The notes below the pieces were generated by a model. That model saw nothing but the letters and a program-made list of their open reading frames with translations. It made no database searches and was not told where the DNA came from. Shown piece after piece: positions 59,451 through 64,000 of a DNA stretch of 64,000 bases; position 1 is the first letter of the stretch; every line of letters starts with the position of its first letter. Source of the stretch: an uncultured Gammaproteobacteria bacterium (GTDB lineage Bacteria; Patescibacteriota; Microgenomatia; UBA1406; HO2-37-13b); the NCBI GenBank assembly GCA_964413645.1, contig CAYPSA010000003.1, positions 19,328 to 83,327 of the forward strand. Direction: 5' to 3'. The position numbers were made by a program, and so were the translations under genes.

Positions 59451-61868
59451 ATGTCTCTCTATGTATATAATCGTAGGTATATGGTCTTTGCCAGAAGCTT
59501 TAAACGTATCTTTGCAGCTCCTAAACAGGGGGAAATAGCACTCACTTTAACCGTAATCTCGTTAGTAACAATGCTTTTTGGAACAGTAATTGGATTAAAT
59601 CGTCAAGCACCACAAGATGTGCGAACAAGCGCCGCCGGAGGGGTTCAATGTGGGAGTTTTGGTTGTACTAAGAATAGTGATTGCGCCCAAAGTCCCATTA
59701 AGACCTTATGTCATCTTGCTTCTGGACAGTGTAGGCCTATGTCAACAAAGGATTCTTGTCCGGGCGTTACGGCACGTGTCGGCGGGGATACTAAGCAAGA
59801 CGTTGGTGGGTCGTGTATTACCGCAACAGATTGTAAAACAGGTCTTACATGTCCGGCACGAGTTTGCGTTGCTCCTGTTGGGGGAGGATCTGGAGGTACT
59901 GGTGGCACCGGAGTCACGGGTAATCCAGAGTCACCAATTCCTACGGGAACCACAGGGTCCGGAGTTGGAACTGCATTTTCAGTGTTAGAATTACCCTGTA
60001 AAGTCGACTTTACGTTTAGATGGGACCCGCAATTGCTTTCATTGACAATATCTGATCCAGACAATCCAGTAAATGTTTTTGTCGCTGATAATTCAAAGGT
60101 ATTACATAAAGATCCTGCGGGAGTAGAAGGTCCAATTGGAAAAACAATTACCTATCCGAGTGGTGGAAGTGCTGGAATTTTTGTTACATTTGACCCTACC
60201 AAATCTGATGAGATTTCAATTACATTAAATGGTGGGGGTGGTGGTTTGGAATCAGTAGGACGCTATTATTTCAGAATGCCTTCATGGATGATCGGATCAG
60301 CTCGTTATAGAGTCGATATTACCTATGAAGGTAAAGTGGCAGGAGTAAAGCACCAGTGGTCCCAACAAGGTCGTGCAAAGATTTGCACCAATGTGACACC
60401 TACTGTGACAGTTCCTCCTGCACAAGTGGCCTGTGGAAATGAATGTGAGACTACAGCTCAATGTGCCGATCCTGAAAGAAGAGGGATAACGTGTAGATTT
60501 CCTTCGACGACATATGTTCGTTTAACACCAAATCCTGCTGATAAAAAGTATTGTTTATTACCTCCACCACATAATTCTCGTACATGTGTGCCAAATACTC
60601 CTACCCCACCTACCGGGACGCTTACACCTACTAAAACGCCTACGCCAACTGCAACCGTAACGCCTACTCCTCCTACTAGTACCCCTACCCCACCTGTTTG
60701 TAGAAAATCCGTGTATTTTATGATTGATAATACGGCGTCACAAACTAATAATATTTTATATCTTCAGGATGAATTGAATAAATTCTTTACCGCGTTCAAG
60801 AGTTCGTATGTAATAGATTATTCGTATCAAACATTTAACATAACAGCACCTGATGAGAGTGGATCAGGATCGAACACTATTAATTTTCAATTCTCAAGAG
60901 ATAGAAACTGGACCAATATTGGTATGGCATTTAAAGAAATGAAAAAAGCAGTTGCAGATATAAAGATTTTTGTATCTGATGGTGTTGTAACGGTGTCTGG
61001 TGATGAAACGAAGAGTGAGATTATATGTGTATACGATGATAACGGAAATAAAATAAATGGTTGTGACCCAGTTGCTAAAAATCGAGATCCCGCCACTAAC
61101 CATAAGACAATTGCGGAATGTGTTGCGAAATATGGAGTAGACTATTATAAAGCATGTCGTGCACCAAATGATCCAGGAAAATCTAATGCCAATCACGCTA
61201 TCGGAGCTCTTGGTGCGGGTGGGGCTGGAATCGACACAGATAATATGAATAAATCACTAGCCAATGGTGGGAAATATCATCCATCTATAGATTCATTTAT
61301 TAAAGAGTTGCCATCGATACTTGCTAATCTGTGTCCTGCTGGTGGTTCCCCGGTGGGCCCAGCACGTCGGTTATCAACATCATTTAGCTTGCAAAACAAA
61401 TCCACCAAAACTATTCAGAAAGTTACTGTTAAAACCTGTTCTGATCAAGGCACCGAATGTAGAGACTTTGTAAATCCTGTTCAGGTTGCTCCTCAGCAAA
61501 CCAAGAGCTTTTCACAGGTAATTCCGGATAGTGTTCCGGTAACAAGTCGAGAATTACTTACCTGTAGCATTGGCTATACCGATGGCTCTTCCCTGCCCTG
61601 TCCGCGAAAAGAAACACAAAATGAAAGTGTTCAGTTTAAATTAAGTACAACAAATCGATTAGTATCGGGATCTGCTCAAACATATTTACAGGCTTCGGAT
61701 ATTAATAATGATGGTCGGGTGAATGCGATTGATTATGTGTTGTGTCAGCGCCAGATCGCTGGATCAGGCGCTAAATCATGTGATATTATTCCCGATAATG
61801 TGATCAATGCTCAAGACTTCTCTGTCGTTACCGAACGATTTGGTCAAAGTACGCAAATAAATCAATAG
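59451..61868 (+). CDS. large Cys-rich surface protein with a TadE/G-like N-terminal anchor, a vWA-like domain and a C-terminal dockerin
   Basis: The N-terminus is KQGEIALTLTVISLVTMLFGTVIG. Cys-knot-like repeats and a TPTPT linker follow. The vWA-like core reads VYFMIDNTASQ...IKIFVSDGVVT. A 4-Cys module reads LQNKSTKTIQKVTVKTCSDQGTEC...LTCSIGYTDGSSLPC. The dockerin reads SDINNDGRVNAIDYVLCQRQI and CDIIPDNVINAQDFSVVTERFG. The start is ambiguous (59442 TTG, 59451 or 59481 ATG). Confidence 0.75.
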   Translation: MSLYVYNRRYMVFARSFKRIFAAPKQGEIALTLTVISLVTMLFGTVIGLNRQAPQDVRTSAAGGVQCGSFGCTKNSDCAQSPIKTLCHLASGQCRPMSTKDSCPGVTARVGGDTKQDVGGSCITATDCKTGLTCPARVCVAPVGGGSGGTGGTGVTGNPESPIPTGTTGSGVGTAFSVLELPCKVDFTFRWDPQLLSLTISDPDNPVNVFVADNSKVLHKDPAGVEGPIGKTITYPSGGSAGIFVTFDPTKSDEISITLNGGGGGLESVGRYYFRMPSWMIGSARYRVDITYEGKVAGVKHQWSQQGRAKICTNVTPTVTVPPAQVACGNECETTAQCADPERRGITCRFPSTTYVRLTPNPADKKYCLLPPPHNSRTCVPNTPTPPTGTLTPTKTPTPTATVTPTPPTSTPTPPVCRKSVYFMIDNTASQTNNILYLQDELNKFFTAFKSSYVIDYSYQTFNITAPDESGSGSNTINFQFSRDRNWTNIGMAFKEMKKAVADIKIFVSDGVVTVSGDETKSEIICVYDDNGNKINGCDPVAKNRDPATNHKTIAECVAKYGVDYYKACRAPNDPGKSNANHAIGALGAGGAGIDTDNMNKSLANGGKYHPSIDSFIKELPSILANLCPAGGSPVGPARRLSTSFSLQNKSTKTIQKVTVKTCSDQGTECRDFVNPVQVAPQQTKSFSQVIPDSVPVTSRELLTCSIGYTDGSSLPCPRKETQNESVQFKLSTTNRLVSGSAQTYLQASDINNDGRVNAIDYVLCQRQIAGSGAKSCDIIPDNVINAQDFSVVTERFGQSTQINQ

Positions 61869-61884
61869 TGTGTATAATGATAGT

Positions 61885-64000
61885 ATGGCTATGCGTCGTC
61901 GATATTCTACTCGTGGTGAAATTGCTTTAACATTCACTGTCGCTTCCCTATTTGTAATGGTGGTTGGATCTATTTTTGGATTAGGTGTGAATAAAAGTCA
62001 AGACGTGCGTTCACAAGCCGCAGGAGCAGTGTGTGGAAAAACATGTTCAACTAGTGGAGATTGCGGCTTGGATTCTACGACCGGAACACAAACTACATGC
62101 GATCGATCAATTGGTAAATGCGTAGCTGTTCGTGACCCTAAAAATCCGCCTTGTAATGCAACCGGTCCCAATTCACTTGGACAATGTAATCAGAGTTGCA
62201 GGAATACAGAACAATGTAATGGTATTGACCATGCCACCGGTATTTCGCTTGCATGCGATTTAAGCACGTATACATGTCAGCAGAAATATGTAAATGATAC
62301 GCGCCAATGTCCTGGGTATGTGCGCCCAACTCCACGTACTAGTGGTTCATCGGGAAATCCAGGCGGATCATTCACATCGCGATCGCTTGTTTGCGGAGCA
62401 GCATTTAGAGTCGTTGTAGACCCATTAATCAATAAAATTACACTTTCTGCAAAAGGCCAAAGCTACGACATTGGTTTGGCTGATGTAGTAGTCCCCGCCT
62501 CAAGCGGTTTTACTGGTCCTAACAGCCCAATTCCCTATCGAATGTGGAAGCCTGCCCCAAATGATCCTTTGGATAATTTATTAATAGAATGGAATCCAAA
62601 TACTTCATATACTGCTCCCGGAGTACCCAAAGGCGCGCTTCATGTGCAGGTTCGAAGCGGAAATGATGCTAATCCCCATTCAAAAGTAAACCCACAAGTT
62701 GATTTCTATTATTTCAGAAACCTGCCGACATGGCTTAAAGATGGTAGCCCGGTTACGGTAACATTCTCGTATTACACACTTTCAGGTGCTCAAAGTAAGC
62801 AAGTACGGACGGATTATACGATTACAGAAAATGCAAAGGCGTGTGTGGGAGTTGTGGTAACGCAGACGCCAGTTAGTACTGTGGTACCTACGACCATTAC
62901 ACCAACAGTAGTGCGACCAACGGGAATAACACCTACTGGTGTGCTTCCAAGCAGAACACCTTCTATTCCGCCTACAAATCCTCCTACCCGAGTACCAAGC
63001 AGAATTCCTACAGTACCACCAACTAATCCCCCCACGCAAATACCAAGCAGAGTCCCCACTCCCCCATCGTGTAGCGCCAAAATTACTTTCATGATCGATG
63101 CATCAGAAACCACACAAGAAAAATTAAAGGAATATCAGAGCGATATTACATCGGCTGTTAGATCGTACGGTACTGCACATCCACAAGACAAAATCGACTT
63201 TTACACTAATTATTTTGCCCGCGATGTAAGTAATCCATCGGGTCCGTTTACTGCGAGTGCATTTCAATTCCCTATTACGCTTGGACTACACTGGACGAAT
63301 ATGAAAGAAGCTCTTGAAAAAAGTTCAGGTAAAACCATATTTATTTCCGATGGGTTACCTTCGGTAGTTCGTTATGGCGGTGCACGAAATGCATTCTGCG
63401 TATATGCTGATGGTGGTGCGATGCGAGGTCAAGATACTAATCGAAAAGCCGATGGATGCGATCCTGATCAGAATGTTTCTGACAAGTATAATCGAGACAT
63501 TGCAGGATTTTGTGACAGAATTTGTACAACTAAAAAATACGGGAATGCTCGTGTCGATTCTCTAGTAATGAGAAACAAAGATAATACGTATGGTATTTTC
63601 GTGAACACTGGAGCTTATTCAGATCGTGGTTTCATGGAGGAAATTTCAAAAGAAGTAATTAATATCTCTGAATTGCCAGCTACGATAGCAGAAATTTTTG
63701 ATGATGTATGTGGCCGAGCTGCTATTGCTCCACGACCCCGAACGGGTTCAGGAAGATCGAAAGGTCCCGGTTCCAGTTCCGGTCCTCTATCTCTCACATC
63801 AACATTCGTAATCACCAACCAATCGACCGAAAAAACAGTCGAATCGGTTAGTGTAAAGGCATGTGATATTGCAGGAAATAATTGCCAAACGTACGATAAT
63901 GAAGTGTTAATTGTTCCCGGAGCAACAGGTCGCTTTTCTCAAACAATTCCAGCTACTGTTCCTGCGCAAAATCGAGCAATGATAACGTGCGATGTTAATA
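61885..64000 (+). CDS. paralog of 59451..61868 (partial; runs off the window end)
   Basis: It is not in the ORF track because there is no stop before 64000. The frame stays open from the ATG at 61885. The N-terminus is MAMRRRYSTRGEIALTFTVASLFVMVVGSIFG. Cys-rich repeats and a P/T linker follow. The vWA-like core reads KITFMIDASETTQ...TIFISDGLPS. The 4-Cys module begins FVITNQSTEKTVESVSVKACDIAGNNC. Confidence 0.7.
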   Translation, partial: MAMRRRYSTRGEIALTFTVASLFVMVVGSIFGLGVNKSQDVRSQAAGAVCGKTCSTSGDCGLDSTTGTQTTCDRSIGKCVAVRDPKNPPCNATGPNSLGQCNQSCRNTEQCNGIDHATGISLACDLSTYTCQQKYVNDTRQCPGYVRPTPRTSGSSGNPGGSFTSRSLVCGAAFRVVVDPLINKITLSAKGQSYDIGLADVVVPASSGFTGPNSPIPYRMWKPAPNDPLDNLLIEWNPNTSYTAPGVPKGALHVQVRSGNDANPHSKVNPQVDFYYFRNLPTWLKDGSPVTVTFSYYTLSGAQSKQVRTDYTITENAKACVGVVVTQTPVSTVVPTTITPTVVRPTGITPTGVLPSRTPSIPPTNPPTRVPSRIPTVPPTNPPTQIPSRVPTPPSCSAKITFMIDASETTQEKLKEYQSDITSAVRSYGTAHPQDKIDFYTNYFARDVSNPSGPFTASAFQFPITLGLHWTNMKEALEKSSGKTIFISDGLPSVVRYGGARNAFCVYADGGAMRGQDTNRKADGCDPDQNVSDKYNRDIAGFCDRICTTKKYGNARVDSLVMRNKDNTYGIFVNTGAYSDRGFMEEISKEVINISELPATIAEIFDDVCGRAAIAPRPRTGSGRSKGPGSSSGPLSLTSTFVITNQSTEKTVESVSVKACDIAGNNCQTYDNEVLIVPGATGRFSQTIPATVPAQNRAMITCDVN

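Overview
This window is a low-GC bacterial chromosome segment. Sampled lines give about 30-45% GC. It looks like a reduced, CPR/Patescibacteria-like genome, but that placement is inference from gene content and style only.

Housekeeping genes are scattered across the window: pth, rplJ-rplL, rpmB, def, dnaB, a YebC-family regulator, a sigma factor, a SpoU methyltransferase, M24, M29 and M50 peptidases, a CPA2 antiporter and three tRNAs. They sit between large accessory blocks. I recognised no rRNA, CRISPR array, integrase or transposase.

Notable content:
1. A non-cellulosomal cohesin/dockerin surface system.
   - An operon at 3.2-12.5 kb encodes a membrane-anchored cohesin followed by two Cys-rich dockerin proteins of about 1400 aa.
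   - A tightly packed nine-gene cluster at 20.5-28.9 kb sits directly downstream of rplJL. It includes an M4 (thermolysin-like) protease carrying both a cohesin and a dockerin, and an LPRTG-anchored cohesin.
   - Two tandem vWA-like dockerin paralogs lie at 59.4-64.0 kb.
2. Two sharply GC-rich islands at about 34.3-37.1 kb and 42.36-44.08 kb, with sampled lines above 60% GC.
   - The first encodes an 800-aa Thr/Ala/Pro-repeat, Cys-rich protein.
   - The second encodes an array of six small membrane peptides. Five of them are preceded by a conserved GTCC..AGGAGGAC Shine-Dalgarno box, and two of those also by a GTAGAC/GTCTAC hairpin.
   - Between the islands lies a block with a VirD4/TraG-like ATPase.
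3. A dispersed MITE/REP-like repeat family built around the palindrome CCTGCCTGCCGGCAGGCAGG plus GTCATTCYGAG/GAGAAATCTC modules. It is translated in-frame inside pth and three times inside a 971-aa membrane protein.
4. A 1.3-kb ORF-poor region at 58.1-59.4 kb with iteron-like direct repeats, 4x TAGGCATAAA, an 18-bp perfect palindrome and one perfect DnaA box.

All domain calls come from reading motifs in the translated ORFs. No database search was run.
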